From Patescibacteria group bacterium (GTDB taxonomy: Bacteria; Patescibacteriota; Microgenomatia; Levybacterales; UBA12049), in NCBI GenBank assembly GCA_026004395.1, contig BPJB01000001.1, positions 841,226-905,225 of the forward strand: 64,000 nt of DNA, given 5' to 3'. The translations under genes were made by a program, and so were the position numbers. Each line of letters begins with the position of its first letter. Position 1 is the first letter of the stretch. The notes below the pieces were generated by a model. That model had not been told where the DNA came from and did not search any database. It saw nothing but the letters and a program-made list of their open reading frames with translations. Shown here one piece after another: positions 40,389-50,094 of this stretch.

Positions 40389-41603
40389 ATGGATGATACA
40401 AGTAATGAAATTGAAATAATTGATGGTGGGTCAAAAGTTGATTTTTATGAAGCAGACACAGGAGAGTCCGCTGTTGGGTTTTCAGCACAAGCTCAGCGTG
40501 ATAAATTTTTAGGTGGAAGTGCAAATGAAACTACAAATACTATGCTTGAAGAAAAGAAGCCAATCTTACCACCAATTGATGAAGTTAAATCACACGTACT
40601 ACGCTGGTCTGATCCAAATGTCAGAAGACAATATGCTGATGCTGTCCAATCATTGTATCGAGCTGAAGAGGTAGATACGCCTGAAGGAAAAAGAATAAAT
40701 ATGGTCAGAACAAGCATCATGGATTTAACTCATTCTGTTCAAGGAACACAACAGAAAATTCACAACATTGGTACTGCACATGATAAAAATCCTAACTCGG
40801 AAATGAATGTAATATTAAGGGAAAGAGTACAAAATTATATTGAACAAACACCTCGTGAACAACGATATTTTATGTTAGAAGGCTGGAACGCACCAGAAGG
40901 ACAAGATCTACCTAAGGAGTACAGAGACTTACTGGATAGTGTCAAACAGCAAGAAGGTGAAACAGAGGAGGATGCATATCAAAGAGTGGTACAAAGATTT
41001 GGTGAACAGGGAATAGGATTATTCTATGCAATGAAGTTGGGTATTCCAGTAGACTTTCATACTGAGATCTCACAAGAAAAAGAAGTTGAAGCATTTAAGG
41101 CAGCAGGACTATCGGAAACAGATATTGCTGCGTTTTTACTGCCAAAATATTTAGATATTTACAAACAAGGAAATGAGTTTAATCCTGATGATCAATTTAC
41201 TCAGCAACAAATTCTTGAGGCAATATCTAAAATAGCGAAGGTAACTGGTTGGAAAAAAGACGAACTTGAGACATTATCACCTGATCAACAAAGAAAATTT
41301 ATTGCACAAGCTGTAGCAGAAGTAAATCAAGTTACTCAGAAAGAAATTGGTAGAGTTATTATTAGTTCTGATTATCGACCTCAATATAAATTTGCCAATG
41401 AGATAGCAAGTTATCGAGATAGATCACGTGTTGCATCTACAATGTTTAGTGTAGGAATCGATACTAGAGATTTACATGTTACTGAGCGTGCTTATAAAGC
41501 AGTCCAAGAAGGTAAAAGTCCATTCCTAATATTTGGAGACTCACATACTTACAAGATTGATCCAGCGCTTACATACCTATCCTCACAAGCAAAAGCTGCC
41601 TAA
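40389..41603 (+). CDS. Hypothetical protein, possibly TraB/Tiki/ChaN/EreA-like fold
   Basis: Motif order GTAH...FMLEG...TRDLH...LIFGDSH. Confidence 0.5.
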   Translation: MDDTSNEIEIIDGGSKVDFYEADTGESAVGFSAQAQRDKFLGGSANETTNTMLEEKKPILPPIDEVKSHVLRWSDPNVRRQYADAVQSLYRAEEVDTPEGKRINMVRTSIMDLTHSVQGTQQKIHNIGTAHDKNPNSEMNVILRERVQNYIEQTPREQRYFMLEGWNAPEGQDLPKEYRDLLDSVKQQEGETEEDAYQRVVQRFGEQGIGLFYAMKLGIPVDFHTEISQEKEVEAFKAAGLSETDIAAFLLPKYLDIYKQGNEFNPDDQFTQQQILEAISKIAKVTGWKKDELETLSPDQQRKFIAQAVAEVNQVTQKEIGRVIISSDYRPQYKFANEIASYRDRSRVASTMFSVGIDTRDLHVTERAYKAVQEGKSPFLIFGDSHTYKIDPALTYLSSQAKAA

Positions 41604-41688
41604 TTGCCTACGCTGTTGCAAAAATTAACCATATTTACTTCTTGTGCACGCAAATTAAAGTTGTGTATTAAGGTCTCCAAATAGGGGT

Positions 41689-41711
41689 ATCGTCACCTGG
41701 AAGGTGAAACA
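41689..41711 (+). repeat. 23-bp direct repeat, left copy
   Basis: ATCGTCACCTGGAAGGTGAAACA; 22 of 23 bases match 43720-43742; contains a TCACC/GGTGA hairpin. Confidence 0.9.
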
Positions 41712-42199
41712 CAGCTGATGAAACAATTGCCTCCTACAGAAAACGTTTCCAGATTGAGGAATGGTTTAAGGATCTAAAACACCAGTTAGGAATTGCAGAG
41801 ATTCAAACAAGACATCTCGCTCGTGTTGAAACTATGCTGTTTCTCCTATGGAGTTTTGCTGGTGGTTGGAAGAGTATAGTCGATGCTTCCAAGTCTCTCA
41901 AAGACAGACTGATTACTGGTGGGAGACAGGTTGCTTCTCTTATCTGGTCTGCCATACGGATTATCAAACACAAAATGATGGGAAAAAACTTCTGGAAAGA
42001 GGTTATCCAGTTGGCTATAGGACCGTAGCTACCAGCCTTAAGATTCTATCCTGCCCAGAGAAATACTGGATGCGGGAGTTTTGTGGTGGGAAGATCACGG
42101 AAAAACCCACCGCATACACTACACTTAGCAAAGTTTCTAAAAATCAGCACTATTGTACCAATTTTCAGCGATGAAAATATCAAAGTGGGGTAATCTCAG
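41712..42199 (+). mobile_element. IS4-family (IS10-like) transposase 3' remnant with right end
   Basis: Frame reads ADETIASYRKRFQIEEWFKDLKHQLG (YREK motif). The end AAAGTGGGGTAATCTCAG is the reverse complement of CTGAGATTACCCC, resembling the IS10 IR CTGAGAGATCCCC. Confidence 0.75.
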
Positions 42200-43022
42200 G
42201 CAATTGCCGGCAGAAGAGGAGACGGGCGAGCGAACGGCACGATTGCCCTTCGCATTCTGGGCGCGTCGGAGAAGACGATTCACTTCTCCGAAGAGAGCGT
42301 CCGCGACTTGATTCGCCCTTTCCTCGACGAATCTGCCAAACGCCTCATCAGTATCGTCGATGAGATGGAGTACTAGGTTGACCACGTTCAGGAACTCAAA
42401 ATCGTTGGCTCCGATCGTGATCGAGACCAGCGTTCGCCGGCCAGCGGCCGATCTCGGTCGGTCGCCGATGACCTTGAGCACCTCGGTTACCTGGTTCCCC
42501 AGCGACTTCGACGGCGGCTGCTGTCTGCACAACCCCAATGCCCTGTTCCTCCAAGCGGTCGCGCCAGAACAGATCATATCGTAGAAGTTAACCTTCTCGT
42601 GCCGTTTCTGAAGCATGCGGGAGAACCCGTCGGGGGTACGAATCCAGAGACTGCCGGCACTGCTCGCCGCTGTCCCGAAGGCCATGGCCCAAGGCGATCG
42701 AGTCGCCGAGAGCGAAGTAATCGATCTCGCTCTGTGCCGACGAACAGGTGCCATTCACGCATCTTTGCTTACTTTCGCAGACGTTGCCACACGCCCCTCA
42801 GTTCTGGGGGTCGGAGGACGTGTCGACGCAGATGCCGGCGCACGGCTTCTTGCCGCTCAAGCAGCGCCTGCATTTGCCTTCGATGAAAACCGTCCCGCAG
42901 CGGCAGGCCTCGATGTCCATCCCCGAGTGCCACCATTCTTCGTCTCCCTCAGCGGGGATTACTCCCCACCTCTTCACCCATTCCTCCCACGGTTCCACGG
43001 TCGGATTCGCTTCTGGTTCCAC
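42200..43022 (-). pseudogene. GC-rich Cys-rich (Stig1-like) plus SGNH/GDSL hydrolase pseudogene
   Basis: CVDTSSDPQN*GACGNVC (TGA at 42798-42800), YFALGDSIALGHG, frameshift near 42620, then CSGAT and TIGANDF. Truncated at the IS4 end. AGGAG RBS before GTG 43022. Confidence 0.8.
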
Positions 43023-43409
43023 GGCGTAACTCTCCTGTAAGAGTCTGTTTCAAAACCTCTCGGGAGCTCGGTGTGCATCTGAACGTTAACCACATCTTGG
43101 AAAACGATAGGTTCGGGGGGGTTCATACTTCAGGTTCTTCGGATATCGTCGCTCGTTGACGTCGCCGGAAAGTGTTTTCTGTGGTATAATTTACTTCGGC
43201 AGGGGCGAAACGGCGTTAGATCGCCGTCACGGCTGGGAGTGATCGCCAGCCGTCCGAAAGCTTGCGGGTAATCGGCCGGGATTCCTAGGAAAGCTTGGAC
43301 CCTTCTGGGTAAAACGAGCCGCAAGACGGCAGGTGCAGCATGATGGGCGCACGTCCCATCCACCCCGCCTAAGAGAAGCAGCCCACCGAGTTGGCTCGTG
43401 GGCTGCCGC

Positions 43410-43673
43410 CTAGATCCTTATTCGGTTACTTGCGCGGAATGTACTTGCTCGGGATGATGATGTCCTGCCGGCCGAACGGACCGCCCCTACATCATGCAGC
43501 GTCCCATGGACGCCCCAGATTTGGTCGCCACGGCGGTCATAGCACATGTGCGCACCGTCGGTGAAGATGCTCACGTGTTGCCAGCCGCCCGGCCTGAATT
43601 CGATCTGCCCGCCCTTTGCCCCTGGAGGAAGAAGGTTCCCTCCGAAGGAAGCGTTTTGACCTGAGCCAGCCAT
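43410..43673 (-). CDS. Hypothetical protein in the GC-rich island
   Basis: 87-aa ORF with AGGAG RBS 7 nt upstream of the ATG; GC-rich codon usage. Confidence 0.5.
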   Translation of the reverse strand: MAGSGQNASFGGNLLPPGAKGGQIEFRPGGWQHVSIFTDGAHMCYDRRGDQIWGVHGTLHDVGAVRSAGRTSSSRASTFRASNRIRI

Positions 43674-43719
43674 TTCCCGACTCCTGCGGAAAAGGGATGT
43701 GACCCCGGCGGTTTATGGA

Positions 43720-43742
43720 ATCGTCACCTGGATGGTGAAACA
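43720..43742 (+). repeat. 23-bp direct repeat, right copy
   Basis: ATCGTCACCTGGATGGTGAAACA, located at the GC-to-AT boundary. Confidence 0.9.
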
Positions 43743-43776
43743 GATTCGCTACCTGACAATTTGATAAATGAACTAG

Positions 43777-44881
43777 ATGCGTAAATATAGATAAGAGAAG
43801 GGTAATAATGGAGCAAAATTCTCTTTTTCACTCAGATTTTGTAATCCTTCCGCAAAACATATTGCTATTCCACAGAAGTGGACGTTTTTAAGAGGTGTTG
43901 GAAAAGATATTCTTTCAGAAAAAGCACGGGACAAGCTGGAATGGATAATCTACTATAATACCATTGCCAAAAAGCATGCTTTATATACAGCATCATATTT
44001 TGGGATTAGTCCTAAAACATTACATAAGTGGCTGACACGATTTGATGAAAAGAATCTTTCCTCTTTGGAAGAACAAGCCAGAAGACAGCAGAAGGTGAGA
44101 TCCTGGATAGTCACCAAAGAGGAAGAAATAAATATTATGAAGTTGAGACAAAGAAATCTAGAACTAGGAAAGAAAAAACTGCAGGTTCTTTATCGGAAAG
44201 AATACGGAGAATATATTTCTACCTGGAAGATTGAGAGAGTAATTAGAAAACACAAGCTCTATTGGGATTAAGTTAAACATGATTACCTGGTTGAAAAAAG
44301 AAGTAAATCTGAACCTAAGATCAGAATCCATACAATCAAGGAACAACTACAACAAATCAAAGAGTTTGGTTTCCTCTGGTATATTGATGCCATCATTATC
44401 TGGTGGTATGGACAAAGAAGGATCATATTTACAGCGATTGAGGAGATAACCAGGATTACCTTCGTCAGATGCTACAAAACCAATACCCTCTGGATTTGCA
44501 GAAGACTTCTTAAAAAGATTGCTGTATTTATCCAATGGAAAGATAAACATCATGTATCAGGATAATGGTAGTGAGTTTAAGGGAGCATCTCAGAGAGCAT
44601 GTCAAACACTTGGCATTATTCAAATCTACTCAAGGCCACATACTCCTCAGGATAATCCTGTCCTTGAGAAGTTTAATGACACAATTCAAAAAGAATGGCT
44701 GGCATTATCTGCTGTGGGGATTGATGACATTGATGAAGCAAACAAAGATCTAACCAACTGGTTGGTCAAATACAACATCTACCGTCTTCATCAAGCCCTT
44801 GATTACAAGATTCAATTGGAGTATGATCAAGAGCACTTCTTTCAAGTATTACCGATGTGGTCAGCCAGAACATCCCCTTGA
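43777..44881 (+). mobile_element. IS481-family transposase pseudogene (HTH plus integrase core)
   Basis: FGISPKTLHKWLTRF HTH; WYID, QDNGSEF, SRPHTPQDNPVLEKFN, YNIYRLHQALDY; internal stops at 43792 and 44269 plus a frameshift; probable ...ACA right end at 44872. Confidence 0.85.
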
Positions 44882-44975
44882 CATCTTTGTTATAGTTTGT
44901 TACTTTATTATTAGTTAATCATTAAAATGTTTCTCTATAAATAGGAATGATTAACTAAGACATACTTCCGAGCTT

Positions 44976-45191
44976 ATGGCTGATCAAAAGATATCAATCA
45001 ATGACCTTCCAGATCTACTCACTGTACGTGAGGTAGCAGAAGTGCTACGAGTTTCTCCTCTTACTATCAAGCGCTGGGGTAAAAGAGGCAAACTTCCAGC
45101 AATCCGTATAAACTCTCGCGGTGACCGCCGTTATAAAAAAGAAGCTGTCCTCTGGTTATTAGGCATTCAAGAAAAAAACAATAACCTTTAA
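44976..45191 (+). CDS. MerR/excisionase-like (BldC-type) HTH DNA-binding protein
   Basis: LLTVREVAEVLRVSPLTIKRWGKRGKLPAIR...GDRRY. Confidence 0.88.
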   Translation: MADQKISINDLPDLLTVREVAEVLRVSPLTIKRWGKRGKLPAIRINSRGDRRYKKEAVLWLLGIQEKNNNL

Positions 45192-45275
45192 TTTTTCTTT
45201 TAACTCCTTTTATTCTTCGTATTTTTTCATCTGTTTTGCTATAATTGCAGCCAACTGCTGAGCAATATTTACAAG

Positions 45276-46067
45276 ATGATAATCGAAAGAAAAATAAACA
45301 GACGAGAAGCTATTACCTACCTAGCAGGCAGTATTGTCTCAACCCAAAATTACATTGACAATCGCTATGAGCCAAAAGAACAACTTGAACAGCGATCTTT
45401 TGAGGTAGTGTCAATCACATTCCATGAAGTTGCAAACAGCGATCAAATGCTTCAGATTATTTATCCCCTGCTTAATGAAGGGTATATTCCTATCTCTATC
45501 AGAGATGTTCTAAAGGCTATCAATAATCAAGTAGATCTTTCCAAGACCAAATCTTTATTGATCACTCTTGATGATGGCTTGAAAAGCCAAAAAAATGCAG
45601 TATTGGCAGCAACTCAGGCTGAAAAATCATGGGGTGTTACTCTCCCTCTTCTTTTTGCTGTGATGACGCAGTTTAATTATTATAACGACGATCAAATTCC
45701 TCTACATACTCCATCGTACAATGATCATGTGCATGAATACTTAACCAAAAAAGACATTCTGCAAATCATCGAAAATCCATCTTTTGATCTAGCTAATCAT
45801 ACGCTCAATCACGCTGATCTGACTAAACTTAATGATGACGATCTTATCGGAGAGTTAACAATTGCGCAGAGAAGGCTATCTATTCTCTATAGCGAAGCAG
45901 GAAGACAAAACACACCAAGAATACTTATCTATCCTTTTGGAAAATATAATCAGCATGTTTTACAAACTGTCTCAGATCTTGATTTTGAAGCAGCTTTCAC
46001 CACCAAAAATGATACATTGTATTCGGCTAAAAAAAGATTGCGTTTGGGAAGAATAGGAAAAACTTAA
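45276..46067 (+). CDS. Polysaccharide deacetylase (NodB/CE4)
   Basis: ITLDDG, NHTLNHADL, IYPFG, RLGR motifs. Confidence 0.88.
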   Translation: MIIERKINRREAITYLAGSIVSTQNYIDNRYEPKEQLEQRSFEVVSITFHEVANSDQMLQIIYPLLNEGYIPISIRDVLKAINNQVDLSKTKSLLITLDDGLKSQKNAVLAATQAEKSWGVTLPLLFAVMTQFNYYNDDQIPLHTPSYNDHVHEYLTKKDILQIIENPSFDLANHTLNHADLTKLNDDDLIGELTIAQRRLSILYSEAGRQNTPRILIYPFGKYNQHVLQTVSDLDFEAAFTTKNDTLYSAKKRLRLGRIGKT

Positions 46068-46086
46068 GGGAAAATACACTCAATAA

Positions 46087-48168
46087 CTATTTAACGTAGG
46101 TTAATCTGATATAAAAAGCTCCACTCTTCCAAGATGGACTATTCACATAAGTAGAATATTTCAGAAAATCCAAATCTGAGTAACTAGTCTGTGTCGTCCC
46201 ATAAAAAACAGGTGCAGCAGAATTATCAAACCTTAAGATATAATAAGCATTTGCTTTCAAAGCAAGATTGACAGTTGCATAATACCACGAAGATGATACA
46301 CCAGCTGAGGTTGTATTGGCAATTTCACGACCAAATGTACCTGTGCTATCTGACTCATACAGCACAAAACGTGTACTGCTGCCACAACGATAGCACTCAA
46401 CTTTTTTAAGAGTCATATCATTTTTAACTCTAAAAAGAGTGCGTTTAGAATCGTATGTATTAAAGTACGAAAGATTGGTCAGGCTAGGATAGGAACTCTG
46501 AACAAAAGTTTGTTGGACAGACGTTGTAGGTGTTGGGGTGGGAGTTGGTGTTGGTGTAGGCATAGGTGTAGCTGTAGGCGTTGGTGTTAATGTAGGTGTT
46601 GGTGTCGGTGTTAGAACAACTGTAGGTGTTGGTGTCGGTGTCGGTGTTGGAATAATTGTTGGTGTTGGAGTAGGAGTTACTTGTGCTGAGCCGGAAGAAA
46701 TAGTATAGACAACTGTTGCCTGATTGTTGCCGTATGTTGCCTCTTTACCTGTTTGTCCGTTATTAAGATAAATTCTTGCTGTATATGTACCCTCGATATC
46801 CTTAGACCATGATTTACCATTGGGAAAGAAAGATCTATCAGCACTTACTGGACTAGCATCAAACGAAACAGTACTAAATCCGGGAATTTCTGCCACTTTA
46901 AGATATACATTCACATCCGAGGAAGTATTTTTCAGAATAGGATCTGGCGCATCAGACATGACAGGTGATGTCATTGTACCGCTGACGACGCGCACCGGGC
47001 GATAACCAAGGTTACGTACTTTAATACGAGGATAGATCTGTCTTCCCGGAGGAAATACTGTCCTCTCTACTCCATCGCTATCTGTAAGTGCAAATTTTTC
47101 TACCACTAAATCTCCATAGCTATCTCCTGATGGAAGAGGTATCTCAACACCTGCTTTAATCGGTTTTCCAAAAACAGGAGCACCAGTTGATCCCCAAGTA
47201 AATTTTTGAGCTCTGATTGTCCTTTTCTCAGAAGAGCTAGTAGTATTGCGGGCATGATAAATAATCCAATCCTCTGTACCATCTGGTGACTTGGTAAATG
47301 CATTGTGTCCCGGACCATATACCCCATCTGTTTGCTTGAAAACAGGAGAAGATCTTTTGGACCAAGATGAAGGATTTAGCACCTTACCATTACTATTGGT
47401 GATCATCCCTAAACAATAATCAGGAGTAGCAAAAAAACTAGCTGAGTAAGTAATAAATGTTTTGCCATTTCTCTGGAGTACAGCTGGTCCTTCAACTATA
47501 CCAAATGTTGTACCATTCCATCCCTTCTTCTCCCAAGAATAAGTAGCCTGTACTATTGATACACGATTGCCACTTATAGTATAGGGATTGCTCATGGGCG
47601 CTATATAAATTTGTTGCCATGCTGTCAGATCCGTCCCCGGTCGTCCCGACCAGACGAAATACAGTTTGCCATCAGTGTGTCGAAATACTGTACCATCAAT
47701 AGCCCAAGCATTAGGAGCATTGGGTGGAGCGATTTTGCCTTTAAATGTATATGGACCCTGTGCATCCTGAGTCTGTGATTCCAAAACGTACATCCTATGA
47801 TAATGATCATCCCCATTATCAGCTGCAAAGTAAATATACCATCTGCCATCTAGATAATGAATTTCAGGTGCCCAGACATTGCAGCAATACATCGTTCCTG
47901 CCGGAGCAGTCCAGACGACTACTGGTTTGGCATATTTTAGATCAACTGGCGATTCTGTCTTCCAAACTGTTATTTTGCTACCTTCTGTTTTGACAAAGTA
48001 ATAATAACCATCTTTATAAAATATGTGTGGATCAGCGCCAGTCATTAGAGGATTAGTAAATGTCTGAGTTGATGCCTGAACAGGATGAGTTGAATTTCCT
48101 ACGGCAGATACCCCCAAGATAAGTAGGGCAAGAGAAAGAAAAAAGATAATTCCTTTTTTAGTAAACAT
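46087..48168 (-). CDS. Secreted GH43 glycoside hydrolase with CARDB-like domain and PT linker
   Basis: GADPH, WAPEI, WAIDG, VEGP, GPGHN motifs; signal peptide from ATG 48168. Confidence 0.9.
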   Translation of the reverse strand: MFTKKGIIFFLSLALLILGVSAVGNSTHPVQASTQTFTNPLMTGADPHIFYKDGYYYFVKTEGSKITVWKTESPVDLKYAKPVVVWTAPAGTMYCCNVWAPEIHYLDGRWYIYFAADNGDDHYHRMYVLESQTQDAQGPYTFKGKIAPPNAPNAWAIDGTVFRHTDGKLYFVWSGRPGTDLTAWQQIYIAPMSNPYTISGNRVSIVQATYSWEKKGWNGTTFGIVEGPAVLQRNGKTFITYSASFFATPDYCLGMITNSNGKVLNPSSWSKRSSPVFKQTDGVYGPGHNAFTKSPDGTEDWIIYHARNTTSSSEKRTIRAQKFTWGSTGAPVFGKPIKAGVEIPLPSGDSYGDLVVEKFALTDSDGVERTVFPPGRQIYPRIKVRNLGYRPVRVVSGTMTSPVMSDAPDPILKNTSSDVNVYLKVAEIPGFSTVSFDASPVSADRSFFPNGKSWSKDIEGTYTARIYLNNGQTGKEATYGNNQATVVYTISSGSAQVTPTPTPTIIPTPTPTPTPTVVLTPTPTPTLTPTPTATPMPTPTPTPTPTPTTSVQQTFVQSSYPSLTNLSYFNTYDSKRTLFRVKNDMTLKKVECYRCGSSTRFVLYESDSTGTFGREIANTTSAGVSSSWYYATVNLALKANAYYILRFDNSAAPVFYGTTQTSYSDLDFLKYSTYVNSPSWKSGAFYIRLTYVK
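46528..46680 (-). repeat. Pro-Thr coding low-complexity linker
   Basis: (PT)n run within the GH43 ORF; similar runs at about 35730-35825 and 36190-36335. Confidence 0.8.
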
Positions 48169-48510
48169 ATAAATCTGCTTAAATTCCCAAGGATTATATA
48201 ACAAATCGTAATTATATGCAAGAGCTTAATCTAGCTAAGAAGCGGCAACATTTACTGAATTCTTGCTCAATATAATCTAATGTTTAAAAGAATCAATCAA
48301 CAAGATGAATGCCGTAGAATTAATACTTTAAAGACAAATTACTGAAGTATTTATTTTTGAGTATTTTACAATTACAAACTTAAAACAATTACACTTTTCT
48401 TATATTTACATACTAAATTAAAAGAGAAATTGAAAATCAATTTCTAAATTTGAAAGATTAAAATTTAAAGGTTGCTTAATATTATAGGATATAATATAAT
48501 TGTAATAAAT

Positions 48511-49905
48511 ATGAGTAGTGAACTTGGACGATTTTTCCATGATCAGGAGAGAATACTCCACCGCACAGGAGAGTATGCGCAAGCCTTGCGATTGCATACA
48601 AATCGATTTATTGGTTATATCTCTAAGTATCCAGAAGTCACTGGCGTTGTGGGTCTAGGATTCCCTTTCTATCTGCCTCGCAATATCTCAGATAGCGTAC
48701 AAATTACAGAAATGAACCGTTTTACTCAAGAAAAGAAAAGTACTCTTACTGCAGAATCTTTGCAGAATTGGAGATGTCCAACCTGTTTTAGTGAAAATGA
48801 ACTTCAAGGCACACGCAATCAGCAATGCAAAAACTGTGCCCTAGAAAAATTTAAGCCTAGCGATATCCAAAAAACATATATTGACCTTGACTTGCTTTGT
48901 TTAATCTCAGGCGATGAACAATCCTGTCGCAAGACTGCAGAAAAAATTGCTTTTGATATGAGAATGGGTCTTTTCCCTCCCTTAGATTTAGATCTCAATG
49001 CCAGTCTTTCACAGTATTCTGCTTTTACTCAATCTCCCTATGAAGTTCCACCCCCTCTTGATCTGCATTTTGTTAGAGCTGAAGAATATTTAGAGGTGAT
49101 AAAAAATATTGGAGATAATCAACCAACAAGTCTGAACGTACTTTCTGCATACGAGAGCCTTAAGTCAGATAATATGCCTTTTGGGATGGGGAGCCTATTT
49201 CTTAGCGAACCAGTAATTTTGGATCAAGAGTTTCTGCAAGCTGTCAATGAGAAACGTAATCAACTTCTTGATCAACATGAAGGTGCGCAACAAGTCTTGG
49301 AAAAGATTAAAATTTCATCAGGACAGGTACGTAGAATGTTCTCGCAAAAGGATATGCAAGAAGCAATCATCGAAAAAATTGCCTCTCCTCTTCATCTTGC
49401 AGAAAAAACAATTTTGGTATTTGGGACAACAATGCCCAAAAACAGCAAACTTGATGATCAGGATTTACGCAAAACTGAGGCTTTATGGAGGATCATAACC
49501 GCTATTGATCTTGCCAAAAAAACTAATTATCCTATTCTTTTTACAGGATTTGAAAGTGAAGAAATGGCTTCGTGGCTCATAGCTCAAGAACCAAATCTTG
49601 CAGCTAACGTATTTATTGAACCCTTTTCTCACTCAACAGAAGAAAACATCAGAAATGTTGTCTTTTTTGAAAATAAATTAATGACAGATAGATGGATAGG
49701 CGTCTCCAACTCATGGCATCTTGAGAGAATCCGCTGGGTAATACAGCCTAGAACAGGATTTAGATTTACTCCCTATCCAATAGAACAAACAATGCGCACT
49801 CAGGGAGTATCCCAAGATAGAATTCTTAATTTTCAAAAGATACGTTATGAAGAAGAAGCCACAAGAATCCAACAAATGACCGGATATCGCCCATCGTTTG
49901 TTTAA
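48511..49905 (+). CDS. Nucleotidyltransferase-like/Zn-ribbon domain fused to DUF218 (YdcF-like)
   Basis: CPTC...CKNC, YIDLDLL; C-terminal VFG...ILFTG...EPFSHSTEENI...VSNSWHLER. ATG 48511; track start is 48472. Confidence 0.55.
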   Translation: MSSELGRFFHDQERILHRTGEYAQALRLHTNRFIGYISKYPEVTGVVGLGFPFYLPRNISDSVQITEMNRFTQEKKSTLTAESLQNWRCPTCFSENELQGTRNQQCKNCALEKFKPSDIQKTYIDLDLLCLISGDEQSCRKTAEKIAFDMRMGLFPPLDLDLNASLSQYSAFTQSPYEVPPPLDLHFVRAEEYLEVIKNIGDNQPTSLNVLSAYESLKSDNMPFGMGSLFLSEPVILDQEFLQAVNEKRNQLLDQHEGAQQVLEKIKISSGQVRRMFSQKDMQEAIIEKIASPLHLAEKTILVFGTTMPKNSKLDDQDLRKTEALWRIITAIDLAKKTNYPILFTGFESEEMASWLIAQEPNLAANVFIEPFSHSTEENIRNVVFFENKLMTDRWIGVSNSWHLERIRWVIQPRTGFRFTPYPIEQTMRTQGVSQDRILNFQKIRYEEEATRIQQMTGYRPSFV

Positions 49906-50094
49906 AATTAATGTTCTCTATTGAAACATTTTTAATAGTAGAACAATGCAAATATTTATTTCTGATTTTAACAGAAAAGTTTTTTTTAAGTTCACAACCA
50001 TAAAACATTTCTTGATAAATAAGAAGACTAAAAAAACGCTCTCCAATAACTTTCGAAAACAGATATTTATAACGACAAAAAAATATTTTCTAAG

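Noticed and set aside
42360-43040. Several plus-strand ORFs in the GC island
   Set aside because: GC-rich DNA gives spurious ORFs; the recognisable motifs and RBS are on the minus strand.
44976-45191. Prophage excisionase
   Set aside because: No integrase or phage structural genes in the window; a stand-alone BldC-type regulator is the simpler reading.
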